From Arenicellales bacterium (lineage in GTDB: Bacteria; Pseudomonadota; Gammaproteobacteria; Arenicellales; JAJDZL01), in the NCBI GenBank assembly GCA_965206345.1, contig OZ242211.1:1791808-1855807 (forward strand): a stretch of 64,000 nt of DNA, in the 5' to 3' direction. The notes under the pieces are model-generated. The model was given only the letters and a program-made list of their open reading frames with translations, searched no databases and had not been told where the DNA came from. Shown piece by piece: positions 10,651 through 18,790 of this stretch. A program made the position numbers and the translations under genes. Numbering within the stretch: position 1 is the stretch's first letter; every line of letters begins with the position of its first letter.

Positions 10651-11249
10651 ATGCTGATTGGCCACGCTCACGTTTCCACTGACGATCAAAGTCTGACACT
10701 ACAGCTAGATTCGCTTCGCGACTTCGGATGCGAGAGAATTTTCGAAGAAAAGCTCAGCGATTCAATTCGCCATCCAATTCTTGACAAAGCTCTTGAATTT
10801 GCCAGGGTTGGGATACCTTGGTAATAATATGGCGACTTGACCGACTAAGCCGCTCGTTGCGGGATCTGATTGACACTGTTGCACTGCTTGAATCTCAAGG
10901 AGTCCAACTAATGAGTATTCAGGAATCGATTGATACTACGACAAGTAACGGCAAACCTAATTTTTACCTGTTCGGCGCGCTAGCGGAGTTCGAACGGAAT
11001 TTAATCCGAGAAAAGACCGTGGCCGGACTGCAGGCCGCTCGTGCGCGCCGCCGCCGGTTTGGTCGACAACCCGCATTCGACAAGGTTATGCAGCATCGTG
11101 CTGTTGAACTGTATGAGAAACAGAGCCTCACGGTTCGCGAAATATGCGACTTGATGAATATCAGCAGGCCGACTCTCTACAAATATGTAAGAGCAGAATC
11201 TCAAATGAAAGAGACGCCCGACGATCAAGTGCATATGGCCGTCAGATAA
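10651..11249 (+). pseudogene. serine recombinase (resolvase/invertase family) inactivated by a single -1 frameshift
   Basis: The N-terminus MLIGHAHVSTDDQ (catalytic Ser context) runs to ...ARVG and then hits a stop. The reading continues in the -1 frame as DTLVIIWRLDRLSRS...LFGALAEFERNLIRE...ISRPTLYKYV (HTH). Restoring one G at 10810-10812 (GGG to GGGG) gives ARVGDTLV and a 199-aa protein. Confidence 0.85.
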
Positions 11250-11678
11250 TCCCAAGCTAAGCGTCATGTTTCCAGTGTAACTGACAATGTGCTCCGTGTG
11301 ATACGCAATAACGACAGGTTTGACGAATTCGAAATCAAGTTCCACCGCGTGACACACACGGGGCGAATCGTAAATTTCTGGGCAGGGTGCCAAGCGTTCC
11401 GTGTTGCCTAAAACATGGCTCGATTTGCCGAGTTTCAGAGTTTTAAACAAAGTGGGTGCGTTGATCTCTTCGCAGTAATCCAATACCAAGGTTACGAGAA
11501 TGTGCTGATCTAATAGACTTGCGGAATGGACTGCCCCGGGTTGCTTGTTCTCTGAATAATAACGACGCAAGTTTGGAGGGAGAAGTCCCAGTGACAGGCG
11601 AAAATTCAAAAAACGCATATCTATGTGGAGAAATTTGTCTTGCACTCGCAATTGTTCAGAAATTTCGAGAACAGTCAT
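11001..11678 (-). CDS. hypothetical protein; 3' third runs antisense through the resolvase gene
   Basis: 225-aa ORF with no recognisable motifs. Codons beyond about 143 (coordinates below 11250) are antisense to the resolvase HTH region, so the present C-terminus may be an accident of element insertion. Confidence 0.35.
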   Translation of the reverse strand: MTVLEISEQLRVQDKFLHIDMRFLNFRLSLGLLPPNLRRYYSENKQPGAVHSASLLDQHILVTLVLDYCEEINAPTLFKTLKLGKSSHVLGNTERLAPCPEIYDSPRVCHAVELDFEFVKPVVIAYHTEHIVSYTGNMTLSLGLSDGHMHLIVGRLFHLRFCSYIFVESRPADIHQVAYFANREALFLIQFNSTMLHNLVECGLSTKPAAARTSGLQSGHGLFSD

Positions 11679-11687
11679 GCAGCGAAT

Positions 11688-12263
11688 CTAGTCGTTATTG
11701 TCGGTTACAGTAATTTCATTCCACTGATAGCGCAACTGCTCCTCAGCGCTTAGATTTTCCCACTCCTCCTCGCTGACGCAACCAGGGCTTGGACCTTTGA
11801 AAAACGCGGTGCTGTTGTCACTCTCGTAGACAACCCAAAAATCTGGCTTGTGCTTGTTCCCAAGCGAGTCCCGGCAGAAGGGACGCATGTTCACGGGAGT
11901 GATTCCATCAATCCGTGTCGATTCTCTGATCAGAATTTCTCTGTCAAATAGGACTCTAAACGACTCCCCGTATCGGAGACGATGAGGTAGCAACATCGTT
12001 GAAATGGTATTCTGGCCATACCGCACAGTGGGATGGAATACGATAACAGCGGTTAGGGAATCATCGTCCCCGTTGCTGTTGATTCTGCCTGTTTCGAAGG
12101 CAAACTCGGTGATTACGATGTCCAAATATCCAGAATTGGTCACAGCAATACCATCAAATGATTTTCTGGTGAAGCCATGCAAGTAAATTGGAGGACCGAT
12201 TTTGTGGCTGCACATAGTAATCCGAAATTTGGGCTTGTCTGTGCGTGACCCACGCCTGCGCAC
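11688..12263 (-). CDS. hypothetical protein
   Basis: 191-aa ORF (or 175 aa from an internal ATG). It ends 9 nt before the next minus-strand ORF. No recognisable family. Confidence 0.4.
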   Translation of the reverse strand: MRRRGSRTDKPKFRITMCSHKIGPPIYLHGFTRKSFDGIAVTNSGYLDIVITEFAFETGRINSNGDDDSLTAVIVFHPTVRYGQNTISTMLLPHRLRYGESFRVLFDREILIRESTRIDGITPVNMRPFCRDSLGNKHKPDFWVVYESDNSTAFFKGPSPGCVSEEEWENLSAEEQLRYQWNEITVTDNND

Positions 12264-12375
12264 CTACAGCGATTACGATAGCAATAGTCAGGGCGATGTT
12301 GATCCACTCATTCGAGGTGAGAGCGAAAAATTGCAAAGATTTCCCGTTTGCGATGGCTGTGCGGAATTGCTCCAA
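12154..12375 (-). CDS. small single-pass membrane protein, or the frameshifted N-terminus of the 11688-12263 ORF
   Basis: 73-aa ORF with one hydrophobic helix (INIALTIAIVIAVGAQAW). It overlaps the next ORF by 110 nt in another frame. Confidence 0.25.
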   Translation of the reverse strand: MEQFRTAIANGKSLQFFALTSNEWINIALTIAIVIAVGAQAWVTHRQAQISDYYVQPQNRSSNLLAWLHQKII

Positions 12376-12901
12376 TTACGAAACGCCCCAGAAAATCCAA
12401 CATCGTGATACAACGGCTTGCCTGCAACGTACGCCTGCGAAATGCGATGCACTACTGGGCGCAAGTCGCGGTCCAGCAAGATCAGATTAGCAAGGCAAAA
12501 TATAGCACATTGCTACTCAGGGGCTACTCACACACCCGTGAATCGCTCAGTTTTGGTGATTGACTGCTGAACGTTGTCTGTGCAATATTGAAAAGTCAAT
12601 CTGAATTTAATCCAGAATTCAGATCCTTTCAGGAAGCAGCATGATTCAGCCGACTGTACAAAGTGTTAAATAGACTTTTCAACAAGTCCGTCAATCGGCG
12701 CTTGTTATACCGCTAGTTTTGGACTTGACAAATGGTGGGTAGTCCCCCGGCGTCCTCACTTCAACCGCGACAGCAGAATTGACTCTACTCCATTTCTTTA
12801 TATTTATCCCGTATCATTTGCCTCGGCTGTCTATTGTTATCGGACTCAATGGAACACTACAACAACAATTAAAACTGAACTGGTAGCGCGAAAGCTCGTA
12901 T

Positions 12902-14806
12902 ATGTCCACTCAGGATAGATCTCTAACATTAATCAAATGGATGAAATTGACCGTGGGCCTTTCCTTAACCAGTTTACTATTTGGCTGTGTCTCAGATGAA
13001 TTTGGAAAGCAGCAAGTTCAAATAACTCCTCCCACTCAAGAGCAGTCAGGCGACTTGGATTTTGAAGCCAGCCTGGATGAGATACTAACACAGTTAAGGG
13101 GGGATTTACACCAGAGAGAACACAGTTCCAGGAATCAGATTGCTGAGAACAATGGGTTGAGTAATGGGAAGATTACTGTAGCCCTACCCCATGCGGATGT
13201 GAAATCCAATCAAGATGTGCATGTGCAATACCAGACAACATTTGGAGGGAACCATGGGCATGGTGCCCGCAAGGAGAACTATTCGTATTCAGTTGATTCG
13301 TACCAGTATTCAGAGACTCGGGTCAATTCAGAGATTTATGGTGGGTCTTTGACTTCTGCCGAATTTTCGGAAAAGATTCGGCTTCCCACCTCCTTTGAAG
13401 AATGTGAGAAAACTCCAGAAAACCAAATCCCTAAGCCAGTCATCCATATTCATGACAAATCTGTCTGGACGTTTTCCATACATCATGCTCAATTTGATAG
13501 GCTTGATCGTGATCAGTTGATCCCAGTATTCACAATGAAGCACTCTTCCGGCCGCCCCGTTCGAAGTGTCGTAAAGATGGATTCACGCATTCGGTCGGGA
13601 TCCAATGGTCAAAGTCTTGCGAACCTCAAATTCTCCTGGTATTACGACCCGCCCATTGGTTCCAGGATAAGTAATCAGCTGATTGAGGGGAATCATTTTG
13701 ATATGGTTGTTGATACAGTGGGTGAACATGTTGTGGCCCTTCGCATGGAAGATGAGAGCGGAGCCTGTGCCGTTCGAGCGGTGAAATTTCTCTCTACAGC
13801 CAATGTGCCTTATCAGGTCCCGCGAGTTTCCAGGAAGGCTCTCTATCAAGAAGCAGGGTTTGAATTTGATCTAGAGACTGCTTATCTGGATCAAATTCAG
13901 GGGAGGGCGTCTTGGAAACACTCTCAGGGAGAGGGGGTGACAATTGCTTATCTGGATTCCGGCTTGAACTACAACCACCCCTTGGTGGCTCACAATGCGA
14001 AGGTCAATGAGGGAGAGATTCCTGGCAATGGTTTAGACGACGATCAGAATGGCAGGGTGGATGACTACACCGGCTATGATTTTTTTCACGACGATCCCTA
14101 CCCGTTTGATGACAGCGGTCACGGGAGCCAAGTCACAGGTCTGGGGGTTTCGGCGTTGGGTCTGGCTCAAAATGCGCGGGTGCTTCCGGTGAAGGTTTCA
14201 GGTATGGGTACCCTTTCCATAGAGACTTTGATTTCGGCGATCCATTACGCTGTGGATTCCGGGGCACAAATTATCAATGTATCCCTTGGTTCCAACTCGC
14301 ATCGCTTCGATCACCATCTGCGAGTGGCGGCTGAGAATGTCATTGCGTATGCTAAAGCGCATGGTGTGTTAATCGTGGCGGGGGCAGGAAATGATGGTCG
14401 ACAAAATCCAGATTTCTTTCCAGCGAGTTTCCCATCCGACAATATCATAACCGTGGGAGCTGTCGATGGAAATGGTTTGCCTGCTCCTTACTCAAACTGG
14501 GGCGTTCAAATTGATATTGCGGCTCCAGGGGGAACCGACGCAGATATGATAAGTTCCATCTACATGTATAACCCCAAATCATACTTGTTCTCTAAAGCCA
14601 CAGGAACCTCGCTTGCGACTTCCCTTGTGTCTGGGTTGGCGGCCCAAATACTCAGCATCAATCCTCGACTCTCTCCTGATGAGGTAATTGATATCATCAT
14701 ATCTACAGGAGACGTCTCTCCCGCTCTTCAGGGGAAGGTCAAATCCGCTAGTGTGATCAATGCTCTAAATGCAGTTCTGGCGGCAAAGAAAACATTGACC
14801 CAATGA
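12902..14806 (+). CDS. S8 subtilisin-family serine protease, lipoprotein, with a ~330-aa uncharacterised N-terminal region
   Basis: Lipobox LTSLLFGC. The catalytic triad contexts are AYLDSGLNYNHP (Asp), DDSGHGSQVTG (His) and ATGTSLATSLVSG (Ser). The Asn context is VAGAGNDG. A PKD/Ig-like stretch precedes the protease domain. Confidence 0.85.
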   Translation: MSTQDRSLTLIKWMKLTVGLSLTSLLFGCVSDEFGKQQVQITPPTQEQSGDLDFEASLDEILTQLRGDLHQREHSSRNQIAENNGLSNGKITVALPHADVKSNQDVHVQYQTTFGGNHGHGARKENYSYSVDSYQYSETRVNSEIYGGSLTSAEFSEKIRLPTSFEECEKTPENQIPKPVIHIHDKSVWTFSIHHAQFDRLDRDQLIPVFTMKHSSGRPVRSVVKMDSRIRSGSNGQSLANLKFSWYYDPPIGSRISNQLIEGNHFDMVVDTVGEHVVALRMEDESGACAVRAVKFLSTANVPYQVPRVSRKALYQEAGFEFDLETAYLDQIQGRASWKHSQGEGVTIAYLDSGLNYNHPLVAHNAKVNEGEIPGNGLDDDQNGRVDDYTGYDFFHDDPYPFDDSGHGSQVTGLGVSALGLAQNARVLPVKVSGMGTLSIETLISAIHYAVDSGAQIINVSLGSNSHRFDHHLRVAAENVIAYAKAHGVLIVAGAGNDGRQNPDFFPASFPSDNIITVGAVDGNGLPAPYSNWGVQIDIAAPGGTDADMISSIYMYNPKSYLFSKATGTSLATSLVSGLAAQILSINPRLSPDEVIDIIISTGDVSPALQGKVKSASVINALNAVLAAKKTLTQ

Positions 14807-15032
14807 GAGAACCGGTGAATATATTATGAATTGGCTTGCCGGGGTGCGGTGAATCTATAGACCGAAGTTCTAATTCATTCTTCTCGATTCCAGTGGTTAG
14901 ATATTCTTTTAATTCCAGTGGTACATGAATCAGGAATGATTTGACATTGCAGTTCACCAAATCTAGAGCGCTTTGCATATCATAATCTGGTTGATTTTGT
15001 ACCAAGTCTGACGGGTCGGAAATTTTTTTCAC
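14757..15032 (-). CDS. hypothetical small protein (doubtful)
   Basis: 91-aa ORF that overlaps the S8 protease 3' end by 50 nt. No motifs. Confidence 0.25.
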   Translation of the reverse strand: MKKISDPSDLVQNQPDYDMQSALDLVNCNVKSFLIHVPLELKEYLTTGIEKNELELRSIDSPHPGKPIHNIFTGSLIGSMFSLPPELHLEH

Positions 15033-15074
15033 TCCTGAATATCACCTGTAAACGAACTACAGCGCAACCAGGCT

Positions 15075-15098
15075 GATACAGAATCACCATTCTGTCTC
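15075..15098 (+). repeat. site S1 of the 24-nt near-palindrome family: GATACAGAAT-CACC-ATTCTGTCTC
   Basis: 7-bp perfect stem ACAGAAT/ATTCTGT. It is preceded by GGCTGA and followed by CTCATTT, as at S3. It lies 44 nt from the 3' end of the tRNA-like gene. Confidence 0.7.
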
Positions 15099-15141
15099 AT
15101 TTTCATCCATAAAACCGATGAACCAATTCATGAGGATGGAT

Positions 15142-15218
15142 TGGTGCCGGTGAGAGGACTTGGACCTCCGACCTGTCAATAACGAATCGGCTGCTCTGCC
15201 AGTCTGAGCTACACCGAC
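15142..15218 (-). tRNA. tRNA-Thr(CGU)-like gene with non-canonical features (possible pseudo-tRNA or element-borne tRNA)
   Basis: A hand-folded 77-nt cloverleaf has a 7-bp acceptor stem (one G-U), a GCTC/GAGC D stem, the anticodon loop TTCGTTA, a 5-nt variable loop, a GGAGG/CCTCT T stem and an encoded CCA. Anomalies are a C28-A42 mismatch, T at position 37, and the T loop TCCAAGT (C55 instead of the invariant U55). Confidence 0.55.
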
Positions 15219-15339
15219 TTGGTACAGACGTGAGCAGAGTAGCGCAGTTTAATCAGATTATTTCACATTCCCAAGATCAAAATTTCAATTTACTAAGGCA
15301 AATTCACAGTATCGTAAATACCTATTCTACTTGTAGTTG

Positions 15340-15966
15340 TCATTTAGGCTTGAGAACACCCATGAGCTTCACCCTTTCTGCCTTGGCGAAGTCAGCAGGT
15401 GCGATGAATCCGCTAGGGTCGTGTGGGATGTGAATCCCCAGTTTCCGATAACACTCCCATACATATTCCGAGCAGATGAATTCTCGGTCCGGCTTGAAAA
15501 TATTTGCAAACTTCTTAGTAAAAGGTAGGTAAGATGCTCCGATGCGAGCGGCAATTTTGACGATCTCATCCTTGTCATAGGGGTAGCCGAACAGGTCGAT
15601 GGCGAACTGCCCAAACTCACGTAAATTCTTCTTGTTGGCCAAGATGGAAAAGTCACTGTGACGGGCTATAGCGACCCCACCAGGATATGGATTCCCTTTA
15701 CTGTCATAATCGACGAGGTACTTACGCAAGGGGACGGTGCGTACGCCCAACGGCTCGACGCTTTCCAATACCATCACCCGGTCTATGGCGTCCAACCGCA
15801 TTACAAATCCCACATGGCTCCAGGTGCTCCCAGTCGCCGCCTGAATCATGCGGGAAAATATACCAGATCCGGAACAAAGCAGGAGATCACCGGATTTTAT
15901 TTTGGGCCGGAAATTACTGTATTTGGTTATCGCCCTCGTCGGGAATCTCTTAATTGGAGTTTTCAT
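15340..15966 (-). CDS. YiiX/DUF830-like permuted papain-fold (NlpC/P60-superfamily) protein
   Basis: 208 aa from the ATG at 15966, which follows AGAGGG. The His context STWSHVGFV and the downstream Cys context REFICSEYVWECY appear in the permuted order typical of the YiiX family. The family assignment rests on pattern recognition only. Confidence 0.6.
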   Translation of the reverse strand: MKTPIKRFPTRAITKYSNFRPKIKSGDLLLCSGSGIFSRMIQAATGSTWSHVGFVMRLDAIDRVMVLESVEPLGVRTVPLRKYLVDYDSKGNPYPGGVAIARHSDFSILANKKNLREFGQFAIDLFGYPYDKDEIVKIAARIGASYLPFTKKFANIFKPDREFICSEYVWECYRKLGIHIPHDPSGFIAPADFAKAERVKLMGVLKPK

Positions 15967-16044
15967 TGTTTGCCCTCTCTTTTCAAGTTCAAAATTTCTT
16001 GTAAATTGGCATTTTATTGGTTTCTCGGCAAACCTATCGTTTGT

Positions 16045-16067
16045 GAAACAAATGTCCATACTGTCTC
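16045..16067 (+). repeat. site S2 (degenerate): GAAACA_AAT-GTCC-ATACTGTCTC
   Basis: Same architecture as S1 and S3, with a 1-nt deletion and one substitution. It is followed by CTCATTT and about 165 bp homologous to the S3-to-int interval. Confidence 0.6.
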
Positions 16068-16253
16068 ATTTGATTGCACGCTTGAGTCAATATCCATTGT
16101 CAGTCGGACTGATACAAGTATCTGCAGCGGGCTGATGCAAAACAGTAAATTTATCGTACTGTGTCTACCGAAGGAAACATCACACTGGTCTATCAGCGTG
16201 GCCTGTGGTTACAGGCTGGATCAAAATCAGTTACGAAAACAACTACAGCGCAA
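16068..16253 (+). pseudogene. remnant of a second copy of the small tyrosine recombinase (leader + first ~14 codons only)
   Basis: 16045-16210 aligns by eye at about 70% with 18034-18200. The in-frame translation VSTEGNITLVYQRG compares with VSDDGIISLVDWRG of the intact gene. Homology then stops and the 13-mer AACTACAGCGCAA (16241-16253) follows. Confidence 0.55.
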
Positions 16254-16330
16254 TCGCCTCAAAATCAAGTAAGCTTTTGGAAATGTTGATATACTCATAA
16301 CATGATGATGGCATACATTCATTTGTAGAA

Positions 16331-16753
16331 GTGAGTGAAGCAAAAGAACCTAAAGGCGAACATATAAAAACCCGCAATTGCTCGTGTCGTGATGGTGGAG
16401 GATGGGATAGACTCATCAATCAAGTGACAGATGTTTGGTTTAATGACAATTTCAACGATTGGAAGTCACCTCGTCGGTTTTGCTTTGCTCTTTTGGGCTC
16501 GCTTAGCTTAGCTGTTTTCTTAGTTCCCGCTATAAAGGAAAGAATTGCTGAACAGCTGCCTACATTATTCTCCGACCCGGCACTTGAAACAGTCGAATCA
16601 ACATTCAGCTCTATATTCGTTATAGGATTGTCATTATTCTTTGCCGGAATTGTGAGTTGGCGCAACGAAAAGTCTGGTCCTGTAAGGATGTATCTCGCTG
16701 GGCTTACACTACCAGCTCTCGTATGGTTCATTGTTGAGCGTACCGTTAATTAA
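16331..16753 (+). CDS. hypothetical integral membrane protein (3 predicted helices)
   Basis: 140 aa with a GTG start. Hydrophobic segments are FCFALLGSLSLAVFLVPAI, IFVIGLSLFFAGIVSW and YLAGLTLPALVWFIV. It ends 5 nt before the next ORF. Confidence 0.5.
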   Translation: MSEAKEPKGEHIKTRNCSCRDGGGWDRLINQVTDVWFNDNFNDWKSPRRFCFALLGSLSLAVFLVPAIKERIAEQLPTLFSDPALETVESTFSSIFVIGLSLFFAGIVSWRNEKSGPVRMYLAGLTLPALVWFIVERTVN

Positions 16754-16758
16754 ATGAA

Positions 16759-17499
16759 ATGAAATTTCGAGTTATACCTATAGCGATAGTACTGACGCTT
16801 GTTATCGGCAACGGACACGCACAAGATCAGGACAGCGTATCAGCGGCGACTGTGTTGCATGCAAACCATGCCGAATTAAATTTACTGGATATATTGGCCG
16901 CTGGCCGGGACTTACTGATTAAACCTTCCCGTGTAAGTGATTACTGGCCCGAGTATCGTTACAGCTATAGTGCGGTAGTTGATGCGTTTTCAGGAGATTC
17001 AACGGACGGTGAATCGCTTTGTGACATCGCAAGTAGAGATGCAGATTCCGGTGACTTTAATCTTGGGACAATTGCCGTTTTTTGGGGTGAGCCTAGTGAA
17101 GAAGAGGGGAGTAGAAGCAGAAACGATCAATCTTTAATTGGTTGGCCGATCGTGACTGAAGTTGATCTTGATACTTCGGGGGATATTACTTGGAGTGCAA
17201 ATGACAATAGTTGGAGTCTTGATTTTCGAGAATTCTGTGGGGGAATAGAGGCCATCGAATCCGCAGTAAACAATGGATACAATCTGCCCAATCTGGTGAA
17301 TACGAACGTAGGCGGAGTCAAAGGGATTAATATTGATGCCGCAACCGCAACCCTTGATCACATTTCTGTGTCAATTGGAGAATCTGAAATCAATCGCCAG
17401 AAATTATATTTCGTAACTTCTCAAGCGCTTCCGGATCAAAACCTCGAATTTGAACGCGTGCGAATTCAACCTTTACCACAGAATAGACTAATCAACTAA
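16759..17499 (+). CDS. hypothetical secreted acidic protein
   Basis: 246 aa with the signal peptide MKFRVIPIAIVLTLVIGNGHAQ. No recognisable domain. Confidence 0.55.
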   Translation: MKFRVIPIAIVLTLVIGNGHAQDQDSVSAATVLHANHAELNLLDILAAGRDLLIKPSRVSDYWPEYRYSYSAVVDAFSGDSTDGESLCDIASRDADSGDFNLGTIAVFWGEPSEEEGSRSRNDQSLIGWPIVTEVDLDTSGDITWSANDNSWSLDFREFCGGIEAIESAVNNGYNLPNLVNTNVGGVKGINIDAATATLDHISVSIGESEINRQKLYFVTSQALPDQNLEFERVRIQPLPQNRLIN

Positions 17500-17600
17500 C
17501 GTCACTTCATCCGAGTCCGCAAGACATCTTTGGTTTCGGCGACTTGTTAGTGATTAGATTCTCGCATGTTTCCAGATTGATTTCCAGCGAATCCATGTCT

Positions 17601-17891
17601 TTAAGCAAAGACCTGCGTCAATTTATTGGCAAAATCACGAGTTCTCGGCACCAGTGTGAAATCGAAATCGACCGGCAACTCGTAATTCACATCCCCCAAT
17701 ATGCCTAAGGAAAAACCAAACCGGTATTTCTCAATCACTTTCTCCCCGCCCTGAGCATCGATGGTGTATTGGCGGTGGCAGCCCTAGGCCGCATCCGGAT
17801 CTGAGGCAGTCCTTTCACTGGTGACAGGATCGACTTGGTCTTGGTACCCAGTCGAGTGTGACTCAACGGACTTGCCGTGCAATGTAGTGTG
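17601..17891 (-). pseudogene. gene remnant with an in-frame TAG (unknown family)
   Basis: The minus-strand frame reads ...LHGKSVESHSTGYQDQVDPVTSERTASDPDAA*GCHRQYTIDAQGGEKVIEKYRFGFSLGILGDVNYELPVDFDFTLVPRTRDFANKLTQVFA*. The composition is protein-like, but the frame is interrupted at 17784-17786 and has no start codon. Confidence 0.3.
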
Positions 17892-18033
17892 CTACATATG
17901 GCGTCAAAACCCGTCTGCTGGCCGAAGTCTGGACACCGTTGGGTAAAACGGTCCCGTAGCTAATTGACACTTAACAGCCGGTTGCCGATGGTGACTGGTG
18001 CGAAAGTCCGTTCTGTATGTTGAGAGGGTGGCT

Positions 18034-18057
18034 GAAACAGAATTGTCATTCTGTCTC
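18034..18057 (+). repeat. site S3 (best copy): GAAACAGAAT-TGTC-ATTCTGTCTC
   Basis: 7-bp perfect stem plus 2 outer pairs. It lies about 85 nt upstream of the recombinase start and is preceded by GGCTGA and followed by CTCATTT. Confidence 0.7.
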
Positions 18058-18141
18058 ATTTGGCTGCAGGCCCTACTCAAATTCCTTTGTCGACCGGTCT
18101 GATACAAGTGTTTTCACCATGCTTGTGCGATACAGTACACT

Positions 18142-18741
18142 GTGCGTATTGTGTCTGACGACGGAATCATCTCACTGGTCGATTGGCGTGGCCGCAAGTA
18201 CCTCACTGCGGTCGAGCGGCAGCGTTTTGTGAAGGTGGCACAAACCGATCCAATTCCTGCGGTCCAGACTTTTACGCTGGCTCTAACCTACACCGGTTGC
18301 CGGATATCCGAGGCGCTGGCGGTGCGCCATTGCGACGTTGACCTGGATAACCTGGCAATTCGATTCAAAACGCTAAAACGCCGCCAGGATGTGTGGCGGG
18401 AGGTGGCGGTTCCCCAGGATCTGATTCGAGCCATCGATCTGGTACACTCGGTACGTGCAGCGCAAAGCCGACCGCGAAGAGCGGCCCGAAGACTGTGGAA
18501 ATTCAGTCGGTCAACCGCTTCGAGACACGTCAAGCGTTTAATGGCCTCGGCTGATATCGAGGGGCCTCAGGCGTCGGCTAAAGGATTGCGCCATGGCTTT
18601 GGTGTAGCCGCCATCGAGGCAGGTGTGCCGCTGCCGACCATCGCTGCGGTGCTTGGGCATGCCAATATCGAAACCACTGCAATTTACACCACGGCCATCG
18701 GCATGGAAGCGCGCGAACAGCTGGCCAGGATGTGGCGGTAG
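18142..18741 (+). CDS. compact tyrosine recombinase (catalytic domain only, FimB/FimE size class)
   Basis: 199 aa. Motifs are TGCRISEALAV (Arg I), GLRHGFGVAAI (H-x-x-R) and LGHANIETTAIYT (His + catalytic Tyr). There is no N-terminal arm-binding domain. Two 60-nt spot counts give 53% and 60% GC, against about 40% in the flanking cargo. Confidence 0.85.
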   Translation: MRIVSDDGIISLVDWRGRKYLTAVERQRFVKVAQTDPIPAVQTFTLALTYTGCRISEALAVRHCDVDLDNLAIRFKTLKRRQDVWREVAVPQDLIRAIDLVHSVRAAQSRPRRAARRLWKFSRSTASRHVKRLMASADIEGPQASAKGLRHGFGVAAIEAGVPLPTIAAVLGHANIETTAIYTTAIGMEAREQLARMWR

Positions 18742-18790
18742 TTACAAATCAATAGGTCGAGGTACTTGGAACTTCAAATAGGAAAACTGA

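Noticed and set aside
15219-15262. String GAGCAGAGTAGCGCAGTTTAATCAG resembling a tRNA 5' half next to the tRNA-like gene
   Set aside because: It cannot form a D arm or an acceptor pairing. The similarity is limited to TAGCGCAGTTT.
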